From the NCBI GenBank assembly GCA_035084275.1, contig CM068769.1, positions 1,488,001 to 1,552,000 of the forward strand: a stretch of 64,000 bases of DNA, written 5' to 3'. The notes beneath the pieces are model-generated. The model searched no databases, was not told the origin of the DNA, and was given only the letters and a program-made list of their open reading frames with translations. Shown one piece after another: positions 22,865 through 36,075 of this stretch (positions are counted from its first letter, which is position 1; each line of letters starts with the position of its first letter). A program made the translations under genes and the position numbers. The DNA comes from Hydrolagus colliei. Its lineage: Eukaryota.

Positions 22865-23643
22865 GTGCGTCTAAAGGCACAGTAATACACTGCGCTATCA
22901 GATACCAGCAGCTCAGAGACGGATAACCTGATGGAAGAACTAGATTTCTGTAGGTGCGCAGAGAAACGGTTTCCAAATCCTGTGCCTTTGACTGGATCAT
23001 TAGTCGAAGATTTACTCAGGACTATAAACTCTGGGTGTTTGTCTGGGTACTGTCTGTACCAGTAGAGATAGTAACTGCTAGCAGTCGTGGAGTATGTGCA
23101 AACCAAATCGACAATATCTCCTTCTTGCTTAATCTCGGTAGCTTTCTGGTTGACAGAATCGGCGTCACAGAGTTCTGCAATAAAGCAAGCAAATAACAGT
23201 TAACATTCATAGAATCATAGAATCTTATGGCACAATGGGAGGCCATTCGGCCAATCGAGTCTGTGCCGGCTCTTTGAAGAGAGGAATTCTATCACAATCC
23301 CCAGCTCTCTCTCCCGATAACTGTGCAAAACTGTCCTCCAAAAATATACGTCTACATCTCTTGTAAAATATGCATCAGCCTCTCCAACCGTTTCCGGCAA
23401 TGCATTCAAAATCCCAACAACGGGATGAATGAAAAAACGTTTCCTCAACTTCTCTCTAAATCTTTAGAAACTATTAAAGCATCTCGATTGCGGAATGATT
23501 TCTCTGTCCACTCAGCTACAGGTCTCCCTCCAACAATTGTTGTTGAAATGGAGCTGACCATCAGCAGCGACACTGAATTAGCTCAAGACGACCTCACCTG
23601 CTGTAAAGGTTCCCAGCAGTAGACAGAAAACAAACAGCCTCAT
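22865..23643 (-). CDS. TCR alpha/delta V gene (family C), apparently functional: leader 23598-23643, V exon 22865-23174
   Basis: Leader MRLFVFCLLLGTFTA+G|GTGAGG. V exon ELCDADSVNQKATEIKQEGDIVDLVCTYSTTASSYYLYWYRQ...DSAVYYCAFRR, open. RSS CACTGTG (22864-58), 23 nt, ACAAAAACT (22834-26). Confidence 0.88.
23208..23480 (-). mobile_element. CR1 LINE 3' fragment in the leader-V intron
   Basis: (ATTCTATG)n tail at 23208-23223; CR1 terminal ORF2 remnant (RKRFFIHPVVGILNALPETVGEAD). Confidence 0.75.
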
Positions 23644-26600
23644 TGCTGCTTCTCAGCCTTTGCGGTTGTGTCTGTGACATCAGTTTGCTGGGAACCATCC
23701 GCAATATTCGTCACTGGCAAATCCCACAGTCCCACGTCACCTCATTGACATCTCACACTTGCTTCAACAATAGGAACCGATTGGTTTAACACAGCGCAAT
23801 ACGCAATTGACTGTGTGTATGGCTGTGGGGGTGGGGGGGTGGAGAATTGGGGTGAGGGGGAGCTGGAGGGCAGGGAATCCTCATACACAGCTCCTGTTAA
23901 CTCTATAATTAAAACGCAGCATATGGGATGGTGATAGTAAAAATAGAACAGCGAAAACGTAAATTTATATACCGCTCTCTAATGCAGGATGGCATCTCAG
24001 AGCTCTTCTCAATGACAGATCCTAGGCCCGTGCGAGGGACTGGAGTAGAAAAGTAACCAAATTCTCGGTCAAAACAAACATCTTCATCTGATTCCCAAAA
24101 GTAGTAAGAGAGGGGGCGAGGTGAAGCTATTCCTGAGACTCGGGGCGAAGTGGCTGACGGCACGGCCGCCGACAGTGGAGCGGATGATTTAGGGGACAAG
24201 GAGGAGGCCAGAAACGTAGGACTCAAGGCAAAAGTTGCTGTGCTGGGGAGAGAGGTAGGTCAGAGAGGCAGGGGAGGTGGATGCAGAGGAGTGTAGAGAC
24301 TTGAAAACTAGATTGAGGATCTTGAAATCGATCCTCTCCGAGACAGAGAGCCAGTGGAGTCTGGCAAGTGCTGGGGTAATCTAAAGGAAATGCAAGAATT
24401 ATTATTTGTACTATTATTACCATTATCATTATTACTATTATTAACCGCACACACAAGTGCCGTTTGTGTTGACGATCGAGATAATGCAGGGAGACTGGAG
24501 AGGGGCTGGCCAAAACAGAATATTGGGTGTATTTCTGACTTCCACTTCAAATTTCGCAAAGCCGTGTCTCACAACCAGTCCTTGAATCTGTAACCTAATT
24601 AATAATTCGCTTCTCTACATATTGGCTTTCTTTTACACTTTAGTTTACCTAATTTTGAATGTAATATTACCACCGCCACCGGAATGTGCTCTGCCAATCG
24701 ACTAACTATTGTGGAGATTGTAGCTGAATGGTAAGAGCATTAGCCTTACAAGTGAGAGACCTGGGTTCTTTTCAGGCTGGTCAAAAGCATGCGCAGGATA
24801 CATTATTGTACCCACCAGATAAAAATCCATTTAAAAAAATGATAATTTCAATCCACGACTGTTTGGGGGACACTGCTTTGTGAAATGAGCGATAGAATTT
24901 CGCCCGCAAATATACAGTCACTTAACACTCTATACTGTGAAGTGCTTTGTGCTAACTGGATGTCGTGAAAAGCGCTACAGATAATGCAAGAATTACTGTT
25001 ATTTTCAATGTTAAATTGAATACTCCTTGGTGCTAGTTAAAAAGAGGTTTCTGTAGGAATTAAACTGACTCGTGGTTTGACCCACCCAGTAACCGTATCC
25101 AGCTCTGCTCGCTTTCGAGGCTTGTGATGTAACTATTTAGCTATAGAACTCCACGGTATTTGCTGTACAACGCAGTAACGCGGCTTCATATTGATGTGAA
25201 TGTTGCTATAAATATTTGTTGTATTGTATATTATATAGCGCCATCTAGCTTCCTTTCAGGCAAGTGTCAGTTGATGGGTTGTGTGATGATGATTTGATTT
25301 AGATTTACCCGTGTATCCAATGGGATAATTAGTACATCATCAATATTCTTTTCGACAGCTCCCTGTTGAACAAGTCCTTGCAAAAGCTTTCCAACACTTC
25401 CATGTATTTACACCTATATCTCCCATCACAGGACATCCACGACCGACCCCCCCCTCCCCTAGCTCCCGCAACAACCCCCTCACCCCCCACCAAGAGAAGC
25501 ACCCATCTCCCCAGCTCATACCCTAACTCCCTCTCTCTCCAAACCCTCCACTACGACTTACCATCAGTGTACAGGCTTTCAGCCTCTCTCCTACCGCTCT
25601 CTTGAATTACATCCCAGAGTCATTTCGCTACCCTATCTCGCTTGACAAACTACGGCCGGTCTCAAGACCCTCTGCTTCGATCTTGCCTGCTGCTGCCCTC
25701 CCAACTCCCTCCCACCCCACTCGAACTTTCTTCCCTACCCTTCCATATCTCTCCCCTACCCTTCCAACTCTGTGCCCTTCTCCTGCCAAATCTAGACTTT
25801 TCCTCTCCGAACTCTCTACCCCTCCATTCCCAACACTCTCCGTCGATGCCAACACTCTACCTCACGCACAAATCTCTCCCTCTCCTCCCAACACTCTCCC
25901 CATCTTCCACAATCTCTCTTTCCCCTTCCAACTCTTTCCCTACCCTGCCAGCTGTCCACCACCGCATTTGGATGTACTGCTATCGTCAAATGCGCTATAT
26001 CAATTTAGTTAATTCGTTTTCGTTGCTTTATTCTAATAACAACAGCAGTGCATGACAAAGATAAATGCATTACTGCTTCTATTTGTTGGAACGCCATATC
26101 AAGTATTTCATTTCATCCACAATATAATATAATATACTTGTGATTCACTACATTTTGTCTGGAAATGCGGCAACGAACAGACTACAGCTGTGTTCCACAA
26201 GTAGTCTTGGATATGGTGACTAACGCTTTTGTAAGGGAATGACAAATCTTGCATTTGATATAACGCTTTTCACGTCTAATCGACGTCTCAAAGCGCTCAC
26301 GGAATATACAGTCAAGTGAATTGAAGACATCTTTGTGGGCGACACACGGCAGCCAATTGTGCACAGAAGTGTCGCACAATTAGACGTGGGTTGAAATGAC
26401 CAAATTAATTATTGTGGTTGTTAACTAGTTATTAAGTCTCCCTGAAAAGAAATGCACAGTTTGACTACCAACAGGCGGCCAATATATTCCTTGTTAAACA
26501 GAGTAATTTGGAAGATGGAAACATGCCGAAAGTTTCTACTTGACGGTTATCAAAAAAGTTGTCCTCTCTACGGAATCATTTTTCCACAAATATACAGTCA

Positions 26601-27534
26601 ATTCGCTTTACGGTGTGTACTATGTGAAGTGATTCCAGACGTCGGTAAGATGTGAAACGCGCTACATCAAATGAAAGGATTATTCTTACATTATTATAAC
26701 TTTGTCTCACATTCCATTCTACACAGATGGAGCTTGACTTGTTGAGTTCAAGCGATGTCAGTATTTGTTTCCGTTTAAATTGTGTTTCACTCACAAAACA
26801 TTAAACTCAACACAATATGTCTTTGCGTATAATCAACATCCATTGGGATCACTGGCTTGAAATTATTTTGCCAAAAGAGCAAAGCCATTGACAAAGTGAG
26901 ACATCTCAATAAAGCTGCACATGATACAGTGTGATATCTAAAAGAGGGACATCTACAAGTGCTGGACAAGATATAGTGTGATGTGTACTGACAGTTTCTG
27001 TCTGCCAACTCGCTGTTAACTCACTTTACAGTATATTCACTGACACGTTGAGACGTCCAGCAGCATCAACAACACACTTACAGTTGTACGGCGTCTTGGA
27101 TATCAGGAGAACGTCCCAAGATGCTGCCTAGTTACTGCTAAGGACCCGAGCTGAGGAGAGGTGGCGATGTGGGGAGCTGGGGGGTTGTGGCCGAGGAGTT
27201 CAGATGGATCCATCGAAGAGGAGAGTCTTGGGGCGAGACTCGAGGAAGGCCAGGGAGATATGATAATGCTCCCATAACCAAAATTAGAGATGATTATTGC
27301 TAATCTTTCTTCCACTCTTCTCCTATGTATTCTATCAGTTGTTCGCCTGTGGTTGGAAATGTTGTCACATGTTTCCTCTGAGAGACACAGCAACAAATGT
27401 AGGATACGTCAAATAGTTCAACCGTCAGCAATGACAGCTTTGCTGTGATTAAACCCATTAACTCCCTTTGCAGGTTTATGTTCGGTGGTGTAGAGTGTTT
27501 TTGTACGAGTCACAGGCTGGTTCGCATCACTGTG

Positions 27535-28609
27535 TGGACAGAGAGCACAGTAATACACAGCGCTGTCAGACAGCTCCAGCTGGGAGATAGTTAAACTACT
27601 GAGTTTTGTCGAGGTCTGGAGTTCCACAGAGAATCGTTCATCAATAAAATCTGCTCTGTATGCACTCACACTGGAATGCTTCGTGAGTATATACTGCGGT
27701 TGATATCCCAGCAGTTCTCGATACCATTGCAAATAATATCTGCTGAGAGATGTGTCATACTGACATTCCATGGTTACACTTCCTCCTTCTTTCTCGGTCA
27801 CTGGAGCCGCCTTCTGTGTCACAGAGTCCCCTTGGGCCAGGCCTGAAATACACAAACACGCAGTCATGTAGATCAAGATTTCGCGCTAGCTTCACAACCG
27901 AGAAGACCTGGGTTAGATTCCCGGTCAGGACACAATAAATCGTCAGGTACGTTTCCCAACAAGCATGCGTTTGTTTGCGTAGCATCAACTTGAAACCCAG
28001 TTGTTCGTCGATCGGCGGATTGAGTTTACCAAGGGTAATGATCCGTTTGAAAATACAGAAATTATTTAGTCATTCAATCAAAGACTGTTTTTGCGACACT
28101 TCTGTGAGATCATGGCTTTCCCGTTTCTTCCACAGATTACATTACTCTTTACACAATATTCTGTGAAGTGACTCTAGTATCTCGAACTGATGCTTGACCC
28201 AATGCGTCGATTGTTAGTGTTGTTATGAACCCTTTGGCAAGATTTCTTAATCCACACGCCTACTAATAATCCCTCAACAAATACACAGTAATAAAATTGG
28301 TCATTTCAATCCATGACTGTTTGTGGGACACTGCTTGCGCAATTGGCTGCCGCGTTTCGCCCACATATATACAGTCAATTCACTTTGCAGTTTATTCTTC
28401 GAATCGCTTTGGGACGTTGATAATATGTGAAAAGCGATTCATAAAATGCAAGGATTAGTATTATTAATAGTATTATCATAATGAAGAGAATATATTCACG
28501 TAAACAAATCAACGGTTTTGAAAATTGATTAAAATGACCACTGTTACACCATATTACCTATTAAAATGGCAACCAGAGGCAGACGCCCATTGAATCTCCA
28601 TATTGTCAT
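27535..28609 (-). CDS. TCR alpha/delta V gene, apparently functional: V exon 27535-27842, probable leader 28558-28609
   Basis: tttcag|GC CTG: LAQGDSVTQKAAPVTEKEGGSVTMECQYDTSLSRYYLQWYRE...DSAVYYCALC. RSS CACAGTG (27534-28), 23 nt, ACAAAAACA. Leader candidate MTIWRFNGRLPLVAILI+G|GTAATA (52 nt, phase 1). Confidence 0.85.
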
Positions 28610-30050
28610 CACTCACTGCAAAATTACGATGTTATGTGTGAAGGTATTGTTGTTGTTCTGAGACATACAGCTCTGAGACAGGTGACGCTTGATGGCGATG
28701 ACCTCACTTCCAAATCCTGTGACGTGGACATCAACTGATCAGTGTGCTAGCGATGTCAATAAGTCACAGATTATCGTCTGGGGAAAGAGATGGGGGAGCG
28801 TATCTTAATTGAGTTAATTCAGTTTGGCGACAGACATAGCGGCGACACTTAACATTACTAATATATCTGATATTTGCTATTCCTTCCTGTTTTAACGATG
28901 AGGAAACTTTAAGCGTTCCACACAATAATGACTTTAATGACTTTAATGACTTTAGAACATATTTGTGTGTTGTCATATGTTATATTGAACGACTATCAGT
29001 TGAGGAACATACGCACGACGACATGTGGACTGGATACCAATGGATCCGGGCTGGAATCAGAGCAAAAACCGGTAGAGTCGCGAAACGCGGCAGCCAAATT
29101 GCGCACAGTCGTGTCTCACAAACAGTCATGGCAGTGGGTTTAGGGGAAAATGGTGGCGCAAATGGCAAGGGGAGGGGTCGGGGTAGGGAGAATGGGAGCA
29201 AGACCCGAAATCTTGACTCGATTTTCTTTACTCCATAGTTGATGCCTGGTCTGCTGATTGTTCCCAGCCATTTCTATTTTCGTTTCAGATTTCCAGCGTC
29301 TGCAATATTTTGCGTGTTTATTCAGGCAGAATCTATTGATGGAAGTTCAGCTAGTTGGTCAAGCATATTGTGTAGCTATTACTGAATATAATCTGCTACG
29401 ACTTAAGCGCTCGAGACACCGTCTGACGTGAAGGACGCTATGTAGATTCTTGTTGTTGTTGTTGATCTCTTCATTCATGTCAATTGTGGTCAGCCTCAAC
29501 TGGGATCTTGGACGTATGTGGAAACCCATGAAATTGCTTAAGCATATCCAAACCAGATAGAGCATTCAATTTATACCATCATTACTGAAGGATTACTCGA
29601 CAGTTATTAAGAGGCATGGGTTTGCGTCAGAGCAACGCAAAGGTTGGACAAGTTGATTTACTCCCCTGTTTTTGCCTCTGTTTAATCAGCAATAATTTGG
29701 AACCAGGTTGTTAGTCGATTGGCCGATCACTAATTACGGATTAATAACCACTCAATATAGAACAATGATGGAAGCACTGAATCCATAATTGCTCATGGCA
29801 CACTGCTATCCTCATTTGGCTGCTGCGTTTCGCTCAAAAAAATTGCAATCAATTCATATTATTGTGTATTCCGTGTTCCGTTTTGGTGGGTGCCGAAGAC
29901 GTTATCAGTCGCTATTCTAAACACAAGGATCATTATAGTTGTCATCAATTCTGCGAGACGTCTCAATCGACTTCGCAAAATACAATGTAATGTGCATCGA
30001 CAATATCAGTTTTAAAGTGGTGTGATGTAAGAAAATCTACATGGTGCATT

Positions 30051-30068
30051 GTCGCCCTCTAGTGGCCA
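30051..30068 (-). promoter_or_regulatory. Candidate CTCF site
   Basis: Minus strand TGGCCACTAGAGGGCGAC, close to the CTCF core consensus TGGCCACCAGGGGGCGC. Confidence 0.5.
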
Positions 30069-31004
30069 GTATATGAAAATTCAACTCTATCATAATATTT
30101 GATGCATAACGTGAAATAATGCAATCATTGAAACAATAATATTGTGTAGTTGCCCGTGTCTTATGCCAGCTCAGAATAAGTAGAGTAGTAGCCTGTATAT
30201 TTGTTGGACGAAACTCGGCAGCCAATTGTGTAGACTACTGACAAGCAAAGTTTAAGGGATGGAGTGATCATTTATTATTTTTTATTTCGTGGCGAATTCT
30301 CTGCTCTGAAAAACTAGTCGACGTACAAATGGATTCCAGCTTCCAGCTAGACACACTGAACATTGAGGAGTAAGACAATTGGGCCAACGTTTCCTCTAAT
30401 CAGAGACTCAAGTCTCGGTCCCATTATTGAGGTGAAAGGGGCAGAGTTCTCCTTCAGATTGGAGAGAGCGAAGAGGTTGACGTAGGTTTAACGTTTCAGA
30501 GCACAAAAATTGGGAGAATGTATAGCACGGAGGACTTTGAAACTGATAATGAGGATTTTGAATTCTGGAGAATGGGTAAGCAAAAGAGAGGGCGAGTTTC
30601 CAATGATAGGTTTATGGAAATTGCTTTGTGGAAAAACATCAGCTGTAGAGTTCTGGATGAATCACATTTTGTGCACGAAAGAGTTCGGAAGGCCGACACC
30701 CATTGAGATAACCGAGCTGTAAATAGATGGGATGAACATGTAGGCGTAACGTAAGAAATCTAAAATAATTATTCGTTTTATTATATTAGCAAACCCCAAT
30801 CAAATAATAGCAACTGGACCTGCAGCGAATAATTATTGTCTGCGTTGATCGTGACAGCTAATGAATATCTGACGTGATTCAGGGAGGTGAATGTGGACTC
30901 CTCTGGGGCGCCATTGGCTTCCTGCAGCTCACAGAGCTCGAAGTCGTTATCAAGCATCCACTTGTTATTCAACCAGTGGATCAACCCATGTAAAATGCGT
31001 AGGC

Positions 31005-31046
31005 AGTTTCTGTGAGAATTGCTACGACATCTGTCACTGTGGTGAG
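31005..31046 (-). other. Detached V 3' end and RSS (family C)
   Basis: CTCAC|CACAGTG (31041-35), 21-nt spacer, ACAGAAACT (31013-05); same heptamer context and nonamer as the pseudogene at 20971. Confidence 0.65.
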
Positions 31047-31050
31047 TTTA

Positions 31051-31430
31051 CAACAACAACAACAACAACAACATTACATTTGTAAAACGACTTTCCCGTC
31101 AAGAGGACGTCTCAAGGCGCTTGACAGTAATTGGTTCAGATCCGAACTGAGGAAAAGTTGAGTGGTGGGAGGAGATGCCGATGGGTTCTTCGAAGAGGAC
31201 AGTCTTCAGGCGGATTCTTGAAGGACGCTAGGGAGTGGTCGACGGTGGTGCCTGCGAAATGGATTTCCAGAGTTTGGGGTGGCAGAGTGGCTGACGGCTA
31301 GCTCGCCAACGCTTGTGCGGATGGGTCGTGGGTGGTGGAGCAGATTAGAGTTAGCTGAGTGGATGCGTCGGGCAGTTTGCTAGTGGGATAAGAGGTCAGG
31401 GATGTAGGGTGGGGCGAAATTTTAGGGGAC
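31051..31430 (-). mobile_element. 5'-truncated L2 LINE inserted in a V exon 3' end
   Basis: (TTG)n tail at 31051-31072 and L2 3' UTR; flanked by TTTA at 31047-50 and 31431-34. Confidence 0.65.
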
Positions 31431-31434
31431 TTTA

Positions 31435-31665
31435 AATGCCACAGTGTTTCGCAGCAGTGTCAGATCGCAGCGGATCAGAGATAACCAAAGTAAGTGTTGG
31501 AAGTATCAGAGATGTATAACTGAGCACAGAAACAATTTCGAAATCCCATTGCATTAACTTGATTGTTTCCTCGCAGAATATCCACGAATTGTAAATTCCT
31601 GCAGCTTTTCTCGCTACCAAAAGAGATTTTAATAGCTAACAGGAGTAGAACAAAAAATATTGGTA
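31435..31665 (-). pseudogene. Degenerate TCR V pseudogene (family C)
   Basis: Pieces in shifting frames: LFW*, EFTIRGYS, MGFRNCFCAQL, TLTLVISDPLRSDTAAKHC align to family C FR2-FR3. 5' part interrupted by a SINE at ~31670. Confidence 0.65.
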
Positions 31666-32439
31666 GTAACACCAAATATTATCCACTCCAGAAAGAAACG
31701 CAATAATCAAATTGGTCATTTAAATCCGTGACAGTCTGTGGGACGCTGCTGTGCAAAACTAGCTGCTGCGTTTCACCCACAAATTTAGTCATAAAACTAC
31801 ACAATACATTATGTGAAGCGCGTTTTGACGTTACAGAAGACGTGAAAACTGCTATTGCAAATGCAAGAAATATTACTACAATGTCTGCGTTAACAGTCAT
31901 GGCACGGCTAACGAAAATTCTGTTCCAGAGCGTATGTGTAAGGGAGTTGACTCGATGATCTTGTTGTACAACATGCGAGCATTGTCTCAGAAACGAAGAT
32001 TCTTGGTGGAATTATTAACTCGGAAAAAAAGCAGCCACCCCCACTCGGTTCCCGACATAACGTTTCAGCACCAAGGGACGTCCTGCCTACCTCAATGGCG
32101 CTAATTTCACTTAATGTTGTTGTTTTTCTCGTGATAAAGAACGATACGTCATGCAACGATTATTAACATGATACTTTTGTAAAAAGAATAAATAAGGTAT
32201 TACAAAATCAATTTTTTGAAATGTCTTACGGCAAAGCAAAGCGAGCGTTATTGAAAGCATAGCCCACATCTCCCAGATAATCATTGTGATTCTTTGTCTC
32301 ACACTAACTAACTAGCTCACGGCTGTTCATTGTGAATGTTGATGAAATGGAGACTTGCAGACATTGCTCCTCCCACACGCAGCCTCGCTTACCCAATCAC
32401 TGCTACGACCATGCAAAGTCACGCCCAGAAAGTCATTGT

Positions 32440-32720
32440 ACCAAACACACAGAGCCCGGCCCACTCAGACACTTCCCCGCCCACACAGCGCCCCGCCCAT
32501 CAGTCACTGCCCCTCACACACAGAGCCCCGCCCGCTCAGTCACTGCCCCACCTACACAGAATCCAGCCCACACAGCAACTTCACCGCCCACACAGAGTCC
32601 CGCCGACTCAGTCACAGCCCCGCCTACACAGAGCCCCGCTCACTGAGTCGCTACCCCGCCTACACAGAGTCCAGCCTACTAAGCAACTTCCCCTCCCACA
32701 CAAAGCCCCGCCCACCTAAA
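32440..32720 (+). repeat. ~36-bp GC-box-rich minisatellite
   Basis: Unit approx. ACACAGAGCCCCGCCCACTCAGTCACTGCCCCACCT, 6-8 imperfect copies; translates in one frame to SVTAPPTQSPAH repeats. Confidence 0.7.
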
Positions 32721-33154
32721 ACCTCGCCCACCCTCTCACTGCCAGATGCAGAGAAAGCCCTTCCCACCCAGAGCCACGCCCACAGTCTCTGCGCTAAAAT
32801 CACGTAGCGCCGCCCACCCAGTCAGGGCCACGCTCTCACAGACCCCCGGCAACAGACTCGGTTCCTCACAGGGCCTGCCCAATAAATTGCTGCCACGCCC
32901 ACAATACGTTGAGCGCCTTCTGTTGTTTCCTCAGACCTGACTAACACCAATTGCAGGTTTTTTGCGAAACCTCCGGTTTATTGACACGTCCTCTCCGCTG
33001 CCCCGGGTTCTCTTCGTTTTCCTTGCCCTCTCTCCCCGCATCTCTGGCAGAGCAGCCTCTCCCTCGCAACACGCTACAGTTCTCACAATGCGTGGCTGAC
33101 ATGCAATGCAGGCTCACATTCCTTAGCTCCTCAGATGTTGCCTGATTGTTATTA

Positions 33155-33415
33155 TTATTAAACTGGTGGAAGTGTTGCTTTTGTGTATCTGAGCAGACAA
33201 TCGATTGCCAAACCCCAATACTTTGATTAGATTACCAATCCCAGCAGAGAATATCCGAACTATAAACCCCGGTTGGCTGTTTGGGTGATGTATGTACCAG
33301 TAAATATAATAACTGTTTCCAGTGTTGGGATAGGGAATCTCTAAAGTTGCGGAGTCTCCTTCTTTCTAAACCATCGCAGCAGCTTTGTGACCGACAGTGT
33401 CGCCAGCCGAGAGTT
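33155..33415 (-). pseudogene. 3'-truncated TCR V pseudogene (family C)
   Basis: ttacag|AA: ELSAGDTVGHKAAAMV*KEGDSATLEIPYPNTGNSYYIYWYIHHPNSQPGF...GFGNRLSAQIHKSNTSTSL. In-frame stop, no Cys23, no FR3 end or RSS. A leader remnant ends at 33835 (|GTAAGT). Confidence 0.75.
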
Positions 33416-35388
33416 CTGTAATAGAAAATGAAGAGTAGGTCAATATATTATCCACTACTTGCCTCAATTATTTTTCCGTAGTTTGGGAAACTGACCCCAC
33501 TTGAACGGTTCTATGAATAAATCATTGATTAAAAATGAAATAATTATTAATGTTGAATTATATGTAGCGTATTTTTACGAATTTGTATCGTCTGAATTTG
33601 CAGCACAGAATATGCTGTCTAGTGAATTCCAATGTATTATTGAGTAGGAAACACGGCAGCCAATTTTTTACAGCAATCAACCGTGGATTGAGTATTCAAT
33701 TATTTTTCAAAATTGTTGAAGGGTTGATTGCTCTAGGAAATCACAGCTGCCAATGGACTCAAAGTATTCGTGTGGACAATTTATTATTAATAATCTTTTT
33801 ATACAGCGAATAAAGGAACCGTATTCCTACTTACCGCTGGTAATCTTGCCTGCAGTAACCCCCCCGCCCCCCCCCCCCACCCCCCACCCCCCCCTACCCA
33901 ATAATCAAAATCAGTTTCCCTCGCTTGTGAGACGAGGACATTTATCACTCGACTACATTTGTCCATTAATTGTTCAAGTTTAGTTGGCAATCCGCTAGGA
34001 ACAGTATCTCAGCCAAACAGGACCTCATCTGAAATAAAGGTTGCCAGCATTAGACAGACAGCAAACATCCTCATTGTTGGTCTCCAGCCTCTGTGGTTAT
34101 GTGTGAGGCCTCAGCTGGATGATACCGCACCATGCCTTGTCGACATTGGTAGAGCCCATCCACTCACGTCATCTCATTGACTTCTCACACACTTTGTACA
34201 CGAACAATGACCTAATGCTTTCACACAGCGCCAGCGGCTGGAGAGGTGAATCCTTACACTCTGATCCAGATTACAATGCAAAGCATAGCCTCAACGTGCA
34301 GGCTGGCCATGTTAGTAATATCATCACAATCCTTCCAGTTCTGATAGCGCCTTTTTTTTGTGGTCCAGACATCACAAAATGCAGTGGGGTCAGTTACCTC
34401 TATGTTGTGAGCGAATTGCCAGACAATTGATGCACAGCAGTGTCTGGTGAACAATCATGGATCCAGCGTTGTCAACCAAATGGCCAGATTATCGCCATTG
34501 TGCTTCTTGAAGGAATTACTTCATGTGGAAATGGGTGTCCACCTAACGCTAGATAAACAAACTTCTGTAGGGGACGGAAACTTGCCCAACAATTTCCACT
34601 TCTGGAAATCGAACCCAGGATACTCAATTGCGGGTCAAGTGCTTTTTTAAACTACTATTGTGTAATAGGTTTTGCTTTGCTTGTTTCCCTCATGGGATCA
34701 TCGATCTGATTGTTTGACTGTTAGATCATAGGTCAATGTGATGTTCACATCGTGTCTTTGTCTCCTATCCAACAGGAAAGCGCTGCTGCCAACTCTGTAG
34801 AGATACAAAATCCATTCCATTGGACACTATTCGTTTGCGTAGTAGTTTCTCACTGTTACCCAGGCTGTTGTTGTTGTACAGTATTGTACAGCGTTAAAGG
34901 AATATTAGCATATTGTCGACAACAAAATCGAATACATTTGTTTTACCGAAGTGAGATCCATCAAATGGCAGCTGCTGTTTGGGAGACAAAATGAGTAATA
35001 AAAATGGACAGATAAATTATTTTTTGAAAGCAATAGGTTAGTCCTGCTTGAGAAATACTGGTACATTTGTGACTGGATCAGATTATGAGCAAGAATGGTG
35101 ATTGCCAGAGCATTGAACTGTTTCTTCAAGTCGTGGATCTACGTGTCCATGTCAGAAACAAGTGTGAATATTTTTGAATATTGTCCCAGTGAACTGATAT
35201 GCAAAGCGACCACCAAAGTATGTTCCTTGCTGTTAATACAAAGGCGTGTGTATTAACGAACGGATGTTTTGTTCTGCCATGACTGAACCCAGGTGCTCTC
35301 ACATGTAAGGCAACTGCTGTTACCACTGAGATTCAGGCCTCAGTCTGTGAGTTTGTGTATGGCAGAAACGCTGATTTGTGCCTTTGTG

Positions 35389-36075
35389 GGGCTCAGTGCA
35401 CAGTAATACACAGCAGAATCTGGAAGTCTCACTTGGGATATAATTAATGGCACGGTTCTCTCCGCTTTATCCACCTTCGTTGAAAAACGTTCTTTTGGAA
35501 AATCTGCATGACGATGGTCTTTGCTTCTGGAGTGTATCTGAACGATATATCCTGGAATTTGTTTGGGATAGAGACGACACCATATCAGGTAAGGATTGCT
35601 GTCGCTTGTCGTAAAATTACGCTGCAGATGCACATCTTCGCCTTCGTCCATTGCTACAGTTGATTGGGGCTGTGTTACACTATCTCCTACACACTGCCCT
35701 GGAAACCAGACACACTTGAACGTTCAGCAAAATAAGAACAATAATAAAATTTGAACACGTGGATGTGGCGTCTCACTTCTTCTAGACCACTCAAACTCGC
35801 GGTTCAGTAAAAACAACAATGAGTGGGGGGTAAGTAAACTCGCCTCACGTATCACCTTGTTTGACCCGTGAATCGAACCCACATAATCACGCTTGTGAGG
35901 CGAATACTCTAACTTTTTACGTACAGGTCTCGACAAATCCATGAGTAATGACACGTGTTGGTTACTTTGTACAAGAAAAGATGGGGTGGATAATATATCT
36001 TGTCAGCAACATTCTATAATTCGTGTGTGTCTTACCTGACAAGGTATTGAAGACTGATACCATGTACATTGCCAT
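35389..36075 (-). pseudogene. TCR V (family A), open frame but Cys23 lost and weak RSS: V exon 35389-35698, leader 36036-36075
   Basis: GQCVGDSVTQPQST...VHLQRNF (C23R)...YLIWCRLYP...DSAVYYCALSP. Heptamer CACAAAG, 23 nt, ACACAAACT. Leader MAMYMVSVFNTLS+G|GTAAG. Confidence 0.7.

Noticed and set aside
32440-32720. CRISPR-like or RSS array
   Set aside because: No unique spacers and no nonamers; it is a simple degenerate minisatellite in a vertebrate genome.
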